Source of the DNA: a virus
Taxonomy: Duplodnaviria; Caudoviricetes
Length of the DNA: 64,000 nucleotides
Direction: 5' to 3' (one strand)
IMG/VR virus record: IMGVR_UViG_3300033463_000095
Span: 1-64,000 of that record
The stretch's first letter is position 1, and every line of letters begins with the position of its first letter. Under the pieces are notes generated by a model. It saw only the letters and a program-made list of their open reading frames with translations. It did no database searches and was not told where the DNA came from. This document shows, in pieces, positions 9,393-21,467 of this stretch. Both the position numbers and the translations under genes were made by a program.

Positions 9393-9761
9393 ATGAGAGC
9401 TAGTAGAGGAGAAATAAAGATTGAAGAAGTTCTTCGAAATGCCGGAATGATTTTTGAACAAGAATATTCTTTTCCAGACTTGGTTAGCTCAAGTGGACAC
9501 CCTTTAAGATTTGATTTTGCAGTATTTGACGATGAATATCATTTAATGTTTTTAATTGAATATCAAGGAATACAACATTATGAACCTAAAAGTAAATTTG
9601 GTGGTTATACTGGTTTGCGCAAGCAACAATTTCATGATATGCAAAAAAGAGAATATTGTCAAAAACATAATATTATTTTAATTGAAATACCTTATACTGT
9701 TGAGGGTAGAATTGATTATGATTTTATTATGAATTTGTATTATTCAAAAGGCGGATACTAA
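9393..9761 (+). CDS. PD-(D/E)xK / Vsr-DUF559-like endonuclease
   Basis: LRFDFAVFD...LIEYQGIQHY...KREYCQKHNIILIEI pattern. Confidence 0.7.
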   Translation: MRASRGEIKIEEVLRNAGMIFEQEYSFPDLVSSSGHPLRFDFAVFDDEYHLMFLIEYQGIQHYEPKSKFGGYTGLRKQQFHDMQKREYCQKHNIILIEIPYTVEGRIDYDFIMNLYYSKGGY

Positions 9762-9795
9762 TTCATTAAAATAAAAGAAAAGCGAGGTGTCTATC

Positions 9796-11427
9796 TTGAT
9801 TAATAGAAAAGAAGAAATTAAGAAAAAAGGTTTTCATATATCTTTTAAAGATAGTACTCCAGAGGTTGAAGAATCTCAAAATAATTTTGTTCCAGTTGAT
9901 TTTACAAAAATTAAAGTTGGAGCAAAAACATTAGAAGATGCTACTTTAGATTTAGGTGACTATAAAAAAATAGATAAAAGATTAGCAAGAAAAGAAGCAG
10001 TTTTAAAATCAATATATGATAAAAACTGTACAGAAATGCGTGCTATATCTAATTTTTATTTCGAAACAAGTGGAATTTATTCAAGATTATGTAAATATAT
10101 GGCTTATATGTATAGATATGATTGAATGGTAACTCCTTATATAAATGAACAAAAAGATAAGGATAAAGAAAATACAAAAGCTAAAAAAGTTGAAGATAAT
10201 GTTTTACAAGATTTTTATAAGGTATTATTTTATTTAGATAATTCTGATTTAAAAAGATTATTTGGAAAAATTGCATTAAAAGTTGTTAGAGATGGATGCT
10301 TTTATGGTTATACTATTCAAGGAAATAAAAGAATTGCAATTCAAGAACTTCCACTTCTTTATTGTCGTTCTAGATTTGAAGTAAACAATCGTCCAGTAGT
10401 AGAATTTAACATGAAATATTTTGATATAATGTTTAAAGATGCTGGTCAAAAACAAAAGATATTAAAGGTTTTTGGTTCTGATTTTGAAAAAGGATATAAA
10501 TTATATAAACAAGGTAAATTACCACCTTTATTTGTTGGAGATACTGAAGGATGATATGTATTAGACCCTGGTCGTGCTATAAAATTTAATGTAAATGGAG
10601 AAGATACTCCAATGTTTATGGCGGTAATACCTGCTATAATTGATTTAGATGAAGCTAAAGATTTGGACAAGAGAAAAATGGCTCAAGAGCTATTAAAAAT
10701 TATTATTCAAAAGATGCCATTAGATAAAAATGGTGATTTAGTATTTGATGTTGATGAAGCTAGAGAATTACATAATAATGCAGTTAATATGTTAAGAAAA
10801 GCAATTGGTATTGATGTGTTAACTACATTTGCGGACGTCGATGTTGCCGATATGAGTGATAACCGCACAACTGCAGCTTCAGATGATCTCCAAAGAGTTG
10901 AGAGATCTGTATATAATGAAGCAGGAGTTTCTCAAATGCAATTCAATACAGATGGTAATATTGCTCTTGAAAAATCAATTTTAAATGATGTTGCTTCATT
11001 CTATGATTTAATTTTACAATTTCAAGCATTTATGAATGATATTATTGAAAAATATAATAAAAAACCTAAAAAATATTATTATAGAGCTCAAATCTTGACA
11101 ACAACAATTTACAATTATCAAGATATGGCTAAATTATATAAAGAACAAATGCAAGTTGGTTTCAGTAAAATGTTGCCGCAAATTGCACTTGGTCAAACTC
11201 AAAGTACAATATTAGCAAATGCTTACTTTGAAAATGAAATCTTAGATTTAGTTAATGTATTTATACCTCCTATGATGTCTAGTACAATGAATAGTGATGT
11301 ATTAAATAGATTAAATAATCAAAATAAACAAGAAAAAGAACAATCTGACAGTACAGGTGGTAGACCTGAAAAAGCAGATGATGAAAAGTCTGAAAAAACA
11401 ATAATGAATGAAGAGAGTCAATCTTAA
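9796..11427 (+). CDS. Portal protein (about 543 aa)
   Basis: Joins fragments 9787, 10126 and 10612 via two TGA. Size and position between TerL and the scaffold gene fit a portal. TTG start chosen by RBS spacing; GTG at 9787 is an alternative. Confidence 0.65.
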
Positions 11428-11436
11428 TAAAAAATC

Positions 11437-11476
11437 GGACAAAATAAGAAAAATGATTAAACACTTTATTTATATA
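11437..11476 (+). promoter_or_regulatory. Putative late promoter motif copy
   Basis: GGACAA-N29-ATATA. Confidence 0.6.
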
Positions 11477-11513
11477 ATAATAAGTGGAATATTAAGAAAG
11501 GATAGGTAGTTAT

Positions 11514-12884
11514 ATGATGCATCAATCAATTGCAACTATAGACTCTCCTGAGTTTATCAATCTACAACCTTTAGAGATTAACCCACTAATGAGCAGCTGT
11601 GAAATAAAAGTTTTATATCTAGGTGAAAATAGAAACCATAGTTATATAACTAAAGAAGTTGCGACAGAAATGGCAAAAACTCTACGTGGAGCGCCTATTG
11701 TTGGATATTACAAAGATGAAAAAGAAGATTTTAGAGACCATGGTGAAAAATTAATTATTGATGATGAAGGTATTAAATTTGAGTGTTTAACTAAACCTTA
11801 TGGTTTCGTAGCTCCAGATGCCAAAGTATGGTTTCAAAAATTTGAAGATACCGATGAGTTTGGTAACAAGATAAATAGAGAATATCTTATGACCACTGGG
11901 TATCTATGGACAGGTCAATTTGAAGAAGCTAAATTAGCTATTGATGAAGGTCGTCCTCAATCAATGGAGTTAGATGAGCAAACTTTAGATGGACATTGGT
12001 CAACAAATAATAATACAGGTATGGACTTTTTCATAATAAATGATGCTATCTTTTCAAAATTATGCATTCTTGGAGAAGATGTTGAACCTTGCTTCGAAGG
12101 AGCTCGCATTACCGCACCAGAAGTAAGTAAAACATTTACAAAAATGGATGATAATTTTAAAAGAACATTATTTACTATGATGCAAGATTTACAATCTGTA
12201 TTAAAAGGAGGATACAAAATGGAACTAGAAGATCAAAATGTTGAAACTGAAGTTACTACTGCTATTGAAGAAGAAGTAACTAATGTAGAAGAAGAATCTG
12301 TTGAAACTCCTGAAAATGAAACTGAAGCTCCTGAGGAAGAAGCTAAAGAAGAACAAGAAGAAGTTGCTGCAGAAGAAACTGATATTTCCATTGAAGCTAC
12401 TCAAGAAGAAAAAGCAGAAAATGAAGAAGAATTAATTGACACTGAAGACACAGAAGAAAACGCTAGTGAAGAAAATGTAGAAGAAGATTATGCTTTAATA
12501 AAGAGTGAAAATGAAGAATTAAAAACAAAATTTGCGGAAATGGAAGCAAAATATCAAGAGTTAGTAGCATTTAAAGAAGCTGTAGATAATAAAGAAAAAG
12601 ACGCTTTAATCGATAGTTTCTATATGTTATCTGACGAAGATAAAAAGGACGTTATTGAAAATAAATCAAACTATTCTCTAGATGAGATTGAAGCAAAATT
12701 ATCAGTAATTTGTGTTAGAAAAAAGGTTAATTTTGATTTAGATAATTCATCAAAAAGTGAAGATAAAGTAGAAACAGAAGATAAAGAAGAAGTTGCTACA
12801 ACTTATACTTTAGAAGAAACTGATTCTACTATTGTTCCTGAGTTTATACAAGCTTTAAGAAATAATAGAGATAGTAAAGAATAA
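11514..12884 (+). CDS. Prohead protease/scaffold protein
   Basis: N-terminal globular domain (GENRN...PIVGYY...QSMEL...LCILGEDVEPCFEGA) followed by a long acidic low-complexity tail; upstream of capsid genes. Confidence 0.65.
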   Translation: MMHQSIATIDSPEFINLQPLEINPLMSSCEIKVLYLGENRNHSYITKEVATEMAKTLRGAPIVGYYKDEKEDFRDHGEKLIIDDEGIKFECLTKPYGFVAPDAKVWFQKFEDTDEFGNKINREYLMTTGYLWTGQFEEAKLAIDEGRPQSMELDEQTLDGHWSTNNNTGMDFFIINDAIFSKLCILGEDVEPCFEGARITAPEVSKTFTKMDDNFKRTLFTMMQDLQSVLKGGYKMELEDQNVETEVTTAIEEEVTNVEEESVETPENETEAPEEEAKEEQEEVAAEETDISIEATQEEKAENEEELIDTEDTEENASEENVEEDYALIKSENEELKTKFAEMEAKYQELVAFKEAVDNKEKDALIDSFYMLSDEDKKDVIENKSNYSLDEIEAKLSVICVRKKVNFDLDNSSKSEDKVETEDKEEVATTYTLEETDSTIVPEFIQALRNNRDSKE

Positions 12885-12908
12885 TTTTAATAAGGAGGAT
12901 ATAAAACC

Positions 12909-13439
12909 ATGAAAATTACAAGAAAAGGTTTTGGTCAAGTTGAACCTAATCATTTATCTGCACAAAGAAATGGACAAATTTATGCTCAATTACCATTAGA
13001 TAGTGAATACACAGGTGTTCTTGAAAATGGTCAATTCATGAAATATGATTATGAAAATGGTAAGGTTGGTTTAACTGGAGACATTGATGAATATTTCTTA
13101 GTTTATAACGAAGTTAAAGTTTATGATGAAAGAGATTCTTATAAAGATTTCGCTATGAAAAAAGAAAATTATGTTGGTGGAGAAATTTATCCAAGATTAT
13201 TCAAAACTAATATTGGAGATATCTACACAACAAACTGTGTTGGTTTAGCTAACACTGATAAAAATGCTAGTGTTACTTATAATACTGAATTATCTCTTGG
13301 AGATAAATTAGAAGTAGATACTAGTACAGGATATTTAGTAAAAAATAATGGAAGTACTGCAAATATGATTTGGCAAGTTGTAAAAACTTATACTATGCCA
13401 GATGGACAAGATGCTGTAAAAATTCAAAGAATAAAATAG
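12909..13439 (+). CDS. Head decoration/minor capsid protein (putative)
   Basis: ORF track; strong RBS; directly before the major capsid gene. Confidence 0.55.
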   Translation: MKITRKGFGQVEPNHLSAQRNGQIYAQLPLDSEYTGVLENGQFMKYDYENGKVGLTGDIDEYFLVYNEVKVYDERDSYKDFAMKKENYVGGEIYPRLFKTNIGDIYTTNCVGLANTDKNASVTYNTELSLGDKLEVDTSTGYLVKNNGSTANMIWQVVKTYTMPDGQDAVKIQRIK

Positions 13440-13459
13440 TTTAAGGAGGATTTATAATT

Positions 13460-14506
13460 ATGGAATTTAAAGATTTATCTAAATTAGCAAAACTTGCTAG
13501 TACTGTAAAACCTTCTTCTACTTATTCTTTCGGTGAAGAAACTTACACTGCTAAAGAAATTAATGAAACATTAAGAAAAGAATTAAACAGTATTGCTGGA
13601 GCTAATTATCATTTATATGAACAAAACAAACATACAATCTTCGCTTTAATCGAAGAAACAATCGACGATGTTCTTCCTCAAAGAGTTTTAGAAGAATATG
13701 GTCAATTTGCTGAAATTAAACAAGTTGCTCAAGGTGACAAAGCTATTTTCAGACAAAAAGTAACTGCTGCTTCAAGAAGAAGAGCAAAACAATTCATTAC
13801 AAAAGTTGGTTTAGCAGGCGTTTATGAAGTATTTAAATTAGATGGTAAAAGTTATGAATTACCAGTAACTGCATTCGGTGGCGCTGCTCAAATCTCTATC
13901 GAAGAATTCTTAGATGGTAGATTAGATTGGAATGAATTAGTAGAAATCGTTATGGAAGGTTTAGATGAAGCTATTTATTTAGAAATAGAAAAAGCTTTAA
14001 TCGGAGCTGTTGATGAATTAGGAGAATATAATAAATATGCAGGTATCGGATTTAATGAACAAGCTATGGATAGCTTAATTGCTGTAGCTGATAGTTATGG
14101 AAGATCTACTATTTATTGTACATTCGAATTCGCAGCTACTATGATTCCTAGTGATAGTAGAATGTCTGATGCTATGAAAGATAGAATTTGGAACAATGGT
14201 CTTTTAGGAACTTATAAAGGACATAATGTTATCGTATTAAATCAATCATTAGTAGATGAAACTAATTCTAGAAAAGTTATTGATCCAGCTTATGCATGGA
14301 TTATCCCAGCTGGAGCAAATGAAAAACCAGTTAAAATTGCTTTCGAAGGTCAAACATTAGTTGATGATAGAAAGAATGATGATTGGTCTAAAGAAATTCA
14401 AGTTTACAAAAAACTTGGAGTTGGTGCTTTAATTACTAATAATATCTGTGTTTATAGAAATGCAGCATTAACAAAAGATGTAGTAATCCCAGCTAGTTCA
14501 ATTTAA
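13460..14506 (+). CDS. Major capsid protein
   Basis: 348 aa, strong AAGGAGG RBS, high-expression codon bias, position in the head module, followed by a terminator. Confidence 0.8.
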   Translation: MEFKDLSKLAKLASTVKPSSTYSFGEETYTAKEINETLRKELNSIAGANYHLYEQNKHTIFALIEETIDDVLPQRVLEEYGQFAEIKQVAQGDKAIFRQKVTAASRRRAKQFITKVGLAGVYEVFKLDGKSYELPVTAFGGAAQISIEEFLDGRLDWNELVEIVMEGLDEAIYLEIEKALIGAVDELGEYNKYAGIGFNEQAMDSLIAVADSYGRSTIYCTFEFAATMIPSDSRMSDAMKDRIWNNGLLGTYKGHNVIVLNQSLVDETNSRKVIDPAYAWIIPAGANEKPVKIAFEGQTLVDDRKNDDWSKEIQVYKKLGVGALITNNICVYRNAALTKDVVIPASSI

Positions 14507-14522
14507 TTTTAAAAATATAACT

Positions 14523-14578
14523 TGGGAAGGTTAAAAATTTCTTATAATAGAGATATTTTTACCTTCCCATTTTTTTAT
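14523..14578 (+). terminator. Probable terminator after the capsid gene
   Basis: TGGGAAGGT...ACCTTCCCA followed by a T-tract; long loop. Confidence 0.5.
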
Positions 14579-14602
14579 TAGGAGAGAAAAGGAGTTTTAT
14601 AT

Positions 14603-15193
14603 ATGAGAGAAATAGACAATAAAGAAATTATTAAAGTTACTAACAGATTTAATGGTTCTGTTGGTTATACAATTAGAGATTTAAATAATCTATCTAGAGT
14701 GTTTAGTCCAAATGAAACAAAAGAAATTACAATGGAAGAGTTAAGAAAATTATCTTGGGAAACAGGCGGCCGCACTTTAATTAACGATTATTTAATTATT
14801 CAAGATGAAGACGCTTTAAAAGAAATTTTAGGTAGTCCTGAACCTGAATATTATTATACAGAAGAAGATGTAAAAGATTTATTATTAAATAAATCATTAG
14901 ATGCTTTAAAAGATTGTTTAGATTTTGCCCCAAGAGGAACAATTGATTTAGTTAAAAAATTAGCAGTTGAATTACCTTTAAATGATGTGGCTAAAAGACA
15001 AGCTATTTTAGAAATGACTGGATTTAATGTTACTTCTGCAATTGAAATCAATGAAGCAACAAAAGAAGAGCAACCTGTAAATAATACAGGATTTAGAAGA
15101 ATAGATAGTAAGCCTGAAAAAGAACCAGAAAAACCTACTGGAAGAAGAGTAGCTGTTGTTAACGATAATAAATATAAAGTTGTTAATAAATAA
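14603..15193 (+). CDS. Hypothetical head-module protein
   Basis: ORF track, 196 aa. Confidence 0.65.
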   Translation: MREIDNKEIIKVTNRFNGSVGYTIRDLNNLSRVFSPNETKEITMEELRKLSWETGGRTLINDYLIIQDEDALKEILGSPEPEYYYTEEDVKDLLLNKSLDALKDCLDFAPRGTIDLVKKLAVELPLNDVAKRQAILEMTGFNVTSAIEINEATKEEQPVNNTGFRRIDSKPEKEPEKPTGRRVAVVNDNKYKVVNK

Positions 15194-15211
15194 AAAATAG
15201 GAGGTGTGAAT

Positions 15212-15748
15212 ATGGAAAATACAACACCTTTTTCTGTTGTTTATGATAGTTTTTTATCTAAAATCACTGAAGATATGTATATGGAATTAAATGAAAAAGA
15301 TACATTTAACTTATTAGAAGAATTACTTATGTCTGCTATACATAAATTTGAATTTCCTAGAATTAATATTTTTGATTATGTAGCTAAAAAAGATTTAGAT
15401 AAAAAAGCTGCTAAAAAACTTGATATAGGATATTTTAATTGTGAATTAAATGATGAAGAAGTTAATATTTTAGCTACTTATATGGTAGTAGAATGATTAG
15501 GACAACAACTTGCAACAGTTGAAAATACTAGAATGAAATATAGCGGAAGTGATTTTAAATTTACTTCACAAGCAAATCATATGAGTAAAATACTATCATT
15601 AAAGAAAGATTATGAAAGAGAAGGTTTTCATCTTCAAAGATTATATAAAAGAAGATTAAAAGATGAAGATGGAATTATGCGCTCAACTTTTGGAAGTATA
15701 ATGGAAGAATCTCCTGAGGGAAGAGAGGTTCAAACAATATGGAAATAA
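15212..15748 (+). CDS. Putative head-tail adaptor (178 aa)
   Basis: Joins fragments 15206 and 15533 via TGA (MVVEW); function from position. Confidence 0.55.
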
Positions 15749-16074
15749 GTACTGGAGCAAATATAAAAAATGAAGCTATTATTGAAAATCTTAAAAAATT
15801 AACTAATCAAATATTTAAATTATTACCTGATTGAGAAGAGGCTCTAGATTGACAAACCCCATTAGGAACTATTATAGAAGAATTATCTGGAATGGATGAA
15901 TTGTTAACAAATTATCATGAAAAATTATTTTCTTTATTATGCAAACTAAAAGGTCTTTATGATTATAAAGAAAATAATGAAAGAGATGATTTTTCTGATT
16001 ATCGAAGAACTATATTTGAATGTCTAAATATTTTATCTAGTATCAAAAATGAGGTTGAACAATGTCAGGATTAG
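15739..16074 (+). CDS. Hypothetical virion-module protein (111 aa)
   Basis: ATG at 15739, in frame with the 15892 fragment through two TGA. Confidence 0.6.
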
Positions 16075-17030
16075 ATAATTTAGGGCTTAGATTACAATAT
16101 ACTGGCGGCAACCGTCAAATAGATAGAATGAATGAAGATAAATTAAAAAGTTTGAAAAAAGCTCTTCTATATTCTTATCAAAGTGCAACTGCAATTTTAG
16201 CAGATGGTAGAGAATTTAGATGTTTAATTAATCCAGATAAGTTGAAAAATGTTTATGATGATAAAATTATTTCAATTCCTTTTAAAGATATCTGTTTAAA
16301 TAAAGATAGAATTGGTAAAACAACAAATGGAATTGAAGATATAGGTATGAAGCCAGGTGATATATTTACATGGAAAGAAAATGAAACAGATTGATTAGTT
16401 TTTTTACAAAGATTTGAAGAAACTGCATATTTTAGGGCGGAAATCCGTAGATGTAAATATACAGTTACAATAGATGACACTGAATACAAGTGTTATGCGG
16501 CAAGACCTTCACTTAATGAAATTGATTGAAGAGAACAAAAAGAGAAAGCTTGAAATGATATAGATTATACATTACAAATGTATATAACAAAAGATGAAAA
16601 AACTGAAGCATTTTTTCATAGGTTCGCAATTATAAAAGTAAATGGTCAACCTTGAGAGGTACAAAGTGTAGATAGTATGAGTTCAGATGGTATCATTCTT
16701 GTATATTTAAAAGAATGATATAATAATAGTATCCAAGAGGCTAAAGATGCAGAAGATGCGAAAATCGCACCTGAGGATGATATAGACGCAAATGATCCTG
16801 TAATAATCGGCCCTGCCGCAGTTTATCCATATGATAAAAAATCTTATACTATTGAAAATGCTGAAGGTGGACAATGGGTTATAGGTAGTCAAAAAGCAAA
16901 AATAATAGACCAAGATGAAACAATGGTTAAGATTGAAATAGTTTCAGGTCGTAGTGGTAATTTTGAGTTAAAATATGTAAGAGATGGTGAAGACGATATC
17001 ATTTTGCCTATTGAAATAAAATCATTATAG
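16062..17030 (+). CDS. Putative head-closure/neck protein (322 aa)
   Basis: Open under code 4 to TAG at 17028-17030; function from position. Confidence 0.55.
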
Positions 17031-17049
17031 GAGTTAAAGGAGAGTAAAT

Positions 17050-17637
17050 ATGAGAAGAGATGTTATTAGCACAGTTCCATTAAAATCATCTTTCTTATCT
17101 TTTGAAAAAGATGTAGAAACTATATTAAAAGCATTGTTTGTTCAAAGCCAACCTCACAGTGATGGATTAAAAAGATTGCTAGTATTAAATACAAGAGACT
17201 GTTTAGATAGTACAACAAGTCAAGTATATAAAAACATCCTTGATAATATAACATTAGCAACATTAATTCAAGATGGATATATTAGATTAAATCCTAAAAT
17301 GAGAATGCCTGAGCATGAAGAGGTCAAGTCTTATATAATTATTTCTATGGATAATTTTGTTCCTACTACAAATCCTCAATATAGAGATTGTACTTTAACT
17401 TTTGATATTATTTGTCATATTGATTATTGAGATATTGGAAATTATAGACAAAGACCAATTAAAATTGCAGGATATTTAGATGGCTTATTAAATAATGCTA
17501 AATTAAGTGGAATTGGTGAATTACAATTTTTAGGAATGAATGAGCTTATTCTTAATGAAGATTTAGCTGGTTATACTCTTATGTATAGAGCTACCCATGG
17601 AAATGATGATCGTTTACCTCCATCAGATTTAAATTAG
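17050..17637 (+). CDS. Putative tail terminator/completion protein (195 aa)
   Basis: Reads through TGA (HIDYW) to TAG, abutting the next ATG. Confidence 0.55.
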
Positions 17638-18369
17638 ATGGATAATGAGTTGTTATATCTATCAGGTAATGATATTCCTTTTACAGAAGCTCAAGTTACT
17701 ATACATCAACCTACAATAAAAGAGATCGCATATATTGGGGAGGAAGCATTCTTTATTGGATGTGAATTAATTAATTTTTCTAAAAATAATTTAACAGAAG
17801 AGGACAAATTAAATTTAGAAGATAAGACAGATTTTGATATATTAATAGCAATACTAAGAGAGCGTAATGCGGTAATGCAAAGAAATAGGAATTGCGTAGA
17901 AATGGTTCTAGCATTGGTTTTTCCTGAATATTCTTTTGATTTTACAAACAAAGAAATTTTATTAAAGAAAAATGATGAAGCTTATTCTATAAATAATAAG
18001 AATTTTGAACAATTCAAAAGTATATTTAATAAAATGTTTGATTATAAAAAGAGTATAGAAGATAGTTATAATCCTGCGGGAGATATGGCGAAAAGAATTG
18101 CTAATAAATTGAAAGAACGTCATCAAAGATTAGCACAAGAAAAACATGAACAAAAGAAAATTGATGTTTTTGGTAGATACATTTCTATTTTAACTGTAGG
18201 AGAGCGTAAAGATATGAATTCTTTAATGCAATATACAGTATATCAATTAAATGATGAGTTTACTCGTTATGAATTGAAAAATAGTTATGATATTCATTTA
18301 AAAGCTCAATTAGCTGGAGCCAAGGATTTAAAGGAAGCTGAAGACTGAATGAAAGATATTCATTCATAG
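17638..18369 (+). CDS. Conserved tail-module protein (243 aa)
   Basis: ORF track plus read-through EDW(TGA)MKDIHS. Confidence 0.6.
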
Positions 18370-18401
18370 TTTATTAAAATTTTTTAAGGAGGATTATAGA
18401 T

Positions 18402-19328
18402 ATGAAGTTCGGAGTTCGTGAGATTACAGACGTAGTTTTTAAAGCTAAAGCTGATACTAAAATCGGATCAACTACATTTAAAGCTGGACAACCAGTATTA
18501 TATATCGATACAGCTAAAACTTCTACAGTTGAAGGTGCTGCTACTACTGTATATGCTACAGGTGGTAAAGGTAATACAAGATTAATCGCTTGGGAAGGTG
18601 AAAGAACTTTAACATTTACAGTTGAAGATGCTTTATTATCTCCAATTGGTTTCTCTATTTTATCTGGAGCTGGATTATTTAAAGCTAATGATAAAAATGT
18701 TCATGTTCACATGACTGCTAATGCATATGTAAGTACTAATGGTACTATTGATCTAACTGATTCTTTAGCAGCTAGTGAAAATATTGATGGTACTGCACCA
18801 GTATTTGTTATGACAACTGAAGCAGATGGTTCATTAAAAGGTGAATTATTAACTGGTTTAACAGTTAATGGAAAAACTATTACAGGAGCTACTAGTGCAG
18901 CAGGTAAAACTGTATTTGTAGATTTCTATGTTGTTAAGAGTGCTGCTAATGTATCTGAATTAACAATTGATGCAGGACATTTTGCAGGAAATTATTATGT
19001 TGAAGCTAGTACATTAGTTAGAAGAGAAGCTGATGGTGTTGATATGCCAACTGAAATTACATTACCAAATGTTAAAATCCAATCTAACTTTACATTCAAT
19101 ATGGCTGCAACAGGAGATCCAAGTACATTCTCATTCACAATGGATGCATTCCCTGGATTCACTACTTTCGATAGAACACGTAAAGTATTAATGGTTATGC
19201 AAATTGTTGAAGATGCTACTGCAGGTGCTGAAACTGTAAATTCAGTAATGGGACATCCAGCAGGATTTGAAATTGAAATAACTGAAAACGATTCAACAAA
19301 TGAATCTGGAGAACCAGCAAGTATTTAA
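18402..19328 (+). CDS. Major tail tube protein
   Basis: 308 aa, beta-rich, high-expression codons, strong RBS, followed by a terminator, upstream of TMP. Confidence 0.75.
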   Translation: MKFGVREITDVVFKAKADTKIGSTTFKAGQPVLYIDTAKTSTVEGAATTVYATGGKGNTRLIAWEGERTLTFTVEDALLSPIGFSILSGAGLFKANDKNVHVHMTANAYVSTNGTIDLTDSLAASENIDGTAPVFVMTTEADGSLKGELLTGLTVNGKTITGATSAAGKTVFVDFYVVKSAANVSELTIDAGHFAGNYYVEASTLVRREADGVDMPTEITLPNVKIQSNFTFNMAATGDPSTFSFTMDAFPGFTTFDRTRKVLMVMQIVEDATAGAETVNSVMGHPAGFEIEITENDSTNESGEPASI

Positions 19329-19336
19329 TATTAATA

Positions 19337-19367
19337 AAAGAGAGGGCGGCAACGGCCTCTCTTTTTT
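19337..19367 (+). terminator. Intrinsic terminator
   Basis: AAAGAGAGG-GCGGCAACGG-CCTCTCTTT plus T-tract; the loop carries the GCGGCAA motif. Confidence 0.75.
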
Positions 19368-19388
19368 GTTTATTAGGAGTTGATAATT

Positions 19389-20837
19389 ATGGGTAGTGCA
19401 ATTGGAAATTATGTGCATTTACTTGGAAAAAATTATGAAAAATCTGGAACTTCTATGTATGGTACTGAAGGTGGAATGAGCCTTTCAACAGCGATTGCCG
19501 CACAACATGAATTAATACAAAATAAAATTCAAGAATATGAACAAATCAACAATCTTTCTTTATATAGACTACAAAATAAGATAAATAAATTGATTAAATT
19601 AATGGGTTCTAATGAATCTAGTAATAATAAAGGTTTAAGTGGAGAGCAAGTTAGACAATTTTTAGAGCAAGTTATGAATGAAGAATTTGATAATTTACAA
19701 ACATTAGATTTTAAAACTGGTTCTGTTAAAGAAACTGGTGGTAAAGGAAGTAAAGATAGAGGAATATTTAAAGATCCTAGCAAATATAAAAATTGAAGAA
19801 AAGCACTTGTAGCAAGAGTTAATCAATTAAATAAAATATTACATGATTTAGAACAGCAGGCTAATGAAAATAACGATGGGGTTAAAATGGAAGAATATGG
19901 TGTAGCTATTGATAAATTATCAACACTTTTAAATGATACTTATCAAAAAACTTGAGAAAGCATATCTCAAACAGGTTTTAGAGTTAGCCAAAAGAAAACT
20001 CAAAATCTAATAAAAGAATTAAATGAATTAATTAAAACCTATGCAGCAATGCCTGCTATTAGTTTGCAAAATGGAACTTTTTTTGAAAATATACTTCAAT
20101 TAATTCCTCAAATGGCAAATGATGAGGTTGATAAAGCTATATTTGAAGCTGCAGGAAAAGGACAGGATCAATTAAAAGTAAGTTATAATCAATCTGCTTT
20201 TGCTTCACAATTAAATGGTCAAAAAAAATTTGATGAAATGATTCAAACAGTTAAAACTTCTCAAGGTAAAATAGATGTAAGTTTTAAATGAGAAGAAAAA
20301 GATTTAAATATTTCTGCAAAAAATTTAGATATTAGTACAAAAGGATATAAGTATATATCTACAGTTACTGATAGTCCTTTAATTTATTTATTGCAAGATG
20401 CTAATCCAAGTTTTGTTAATCATTATTTAAATATATATAGTAATCATATCGATAAAAAAAGTATGAATTCTAATTTAGCAAGTCAAAAAAGTGCTATACA
20501 AGATGTCATGAGATTAACTCTTGCTTATAAAGGATTAACTGGAGATACTTATGGAAGACATGATTTTAAAACTAATGTATTTATAGTTAATGATTATACG
20601 GGTAAAAAAAGTAATAATATAAGAGTTATTTCTATTTATACCTTATTAAATAGAATGAATAAAACTAATTCTAGTGATTTGTTTGTAACTAATAATGTTT
20701 GAAATATGTATGCTAATAAAAAAGTTACTGGTTATCCAAGCACAGCAAAATGAGAAAGAATTGGAAAGATTATCCAAGAAATGCATGATAGAAAAATAAG
20801 AACATCTTTCCATAGTAAATTACTTGACATTCAATAA
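19389..20837 (+). CDS. Unknown 482-aa protein between tail tube and TMP
   Basis: Joins fragments 19380, 20049 and 20391 via TGA; ends at TAA 20835-20837. Confidence 0.65.
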
Positions 20838-20852
20838 AAATTTTGATATAAT
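20824..20852 (+). promoter_or_regulatory. Consensus sigmaA promoter inside the tail module
   Basis: TTGACA-17-TATAAT with extended -10 TG. Confidence 0.8.
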
Positions 20853-20885
20853 ATTATAAAGAAAGAGAAAAAAGGAGATGTAACA

Positions 20886-21419
20886 ATGGAAAAGGTTACT
20901 TACGCAAGTTTAAAATTAAAAAATAAAATTGAAACTGAAAAATTTGATTTTAATGGTCATCAAATTGAAGTACTACAATATTTGCCTATTGAAGATAAAT
21001 ATAGTTTAATAAATATTACTTTACAAAAAGCAAAAGAAGGTAGTATTTACAATCCAGTTAAAATTGACCATTTTTTTCATTTAAATTTAATTTATATGTA
21101 TAGTAATATTACTTTTACAGATAAGCAAAGAGAAGATGAAGCTAAATTATATGATATATTGGTTACTAATGGATTAAGAGATGCTATTATTAGTAAAATA
21201 CCTGAAAGTGAATATGAAACATTATTTAGTTTTATGAACGATTTAATGGCAGATACTTTAAATTATAAAAATGGTATTAGTGGAGTTATTTCTGAGTTAG
21301 TTAATTCGTTACCAGAAAGAGCTGAAGAAATGCAAAAAATAGTTGATAATTTTGATAAGAACAAATTTCAAGAAGTAATTAATTTTGCTAAGGCGGCAAA
21401 TGGTGGAAGAGATATTTAA
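20886..21419 (+). CDS. Helical protein upstream of TMP (possible tail assembly chaperone)
   Basis: ORF track, 177 aa; AAGGAG RBS; function from position only. Confidence 0.55.
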   Translation: MEKVTYASLKLKNKIETEKFDFNGHQIEVLQYLPIEDKYSLINITLQKAKEGSIYNPVKIDHFFHLNLIYMYSNITFTDKQREDEAKLYDILVTNGLRDAIISKIPESEYETLFSFMNDLMADTLNYKNGISGVISELVNSLPERAEEMQKIVDNFDKNKFQEVINFAKAANGGRDI

Positions 21420-21427
21420 TTTAGCAA

Positions 21428-21467
21428 GGTCAAATTAAATTAATTTAAATCCCTTTTTATTGATATA
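21428..21467 (+). promoter_or_regulatory. Putative late promoter motif copy (overlaps hairpin 21448-21490)
   Basis: GGTCAA-N29-ATATA. Confidence 0.6.

Noticed and set aside
14518-14570. A further copy of the N29 late motif after the capsid gene
   Set aside because: No ATAT at the 29-nt spacing; the sequence is better explained as a terminator hairpin.
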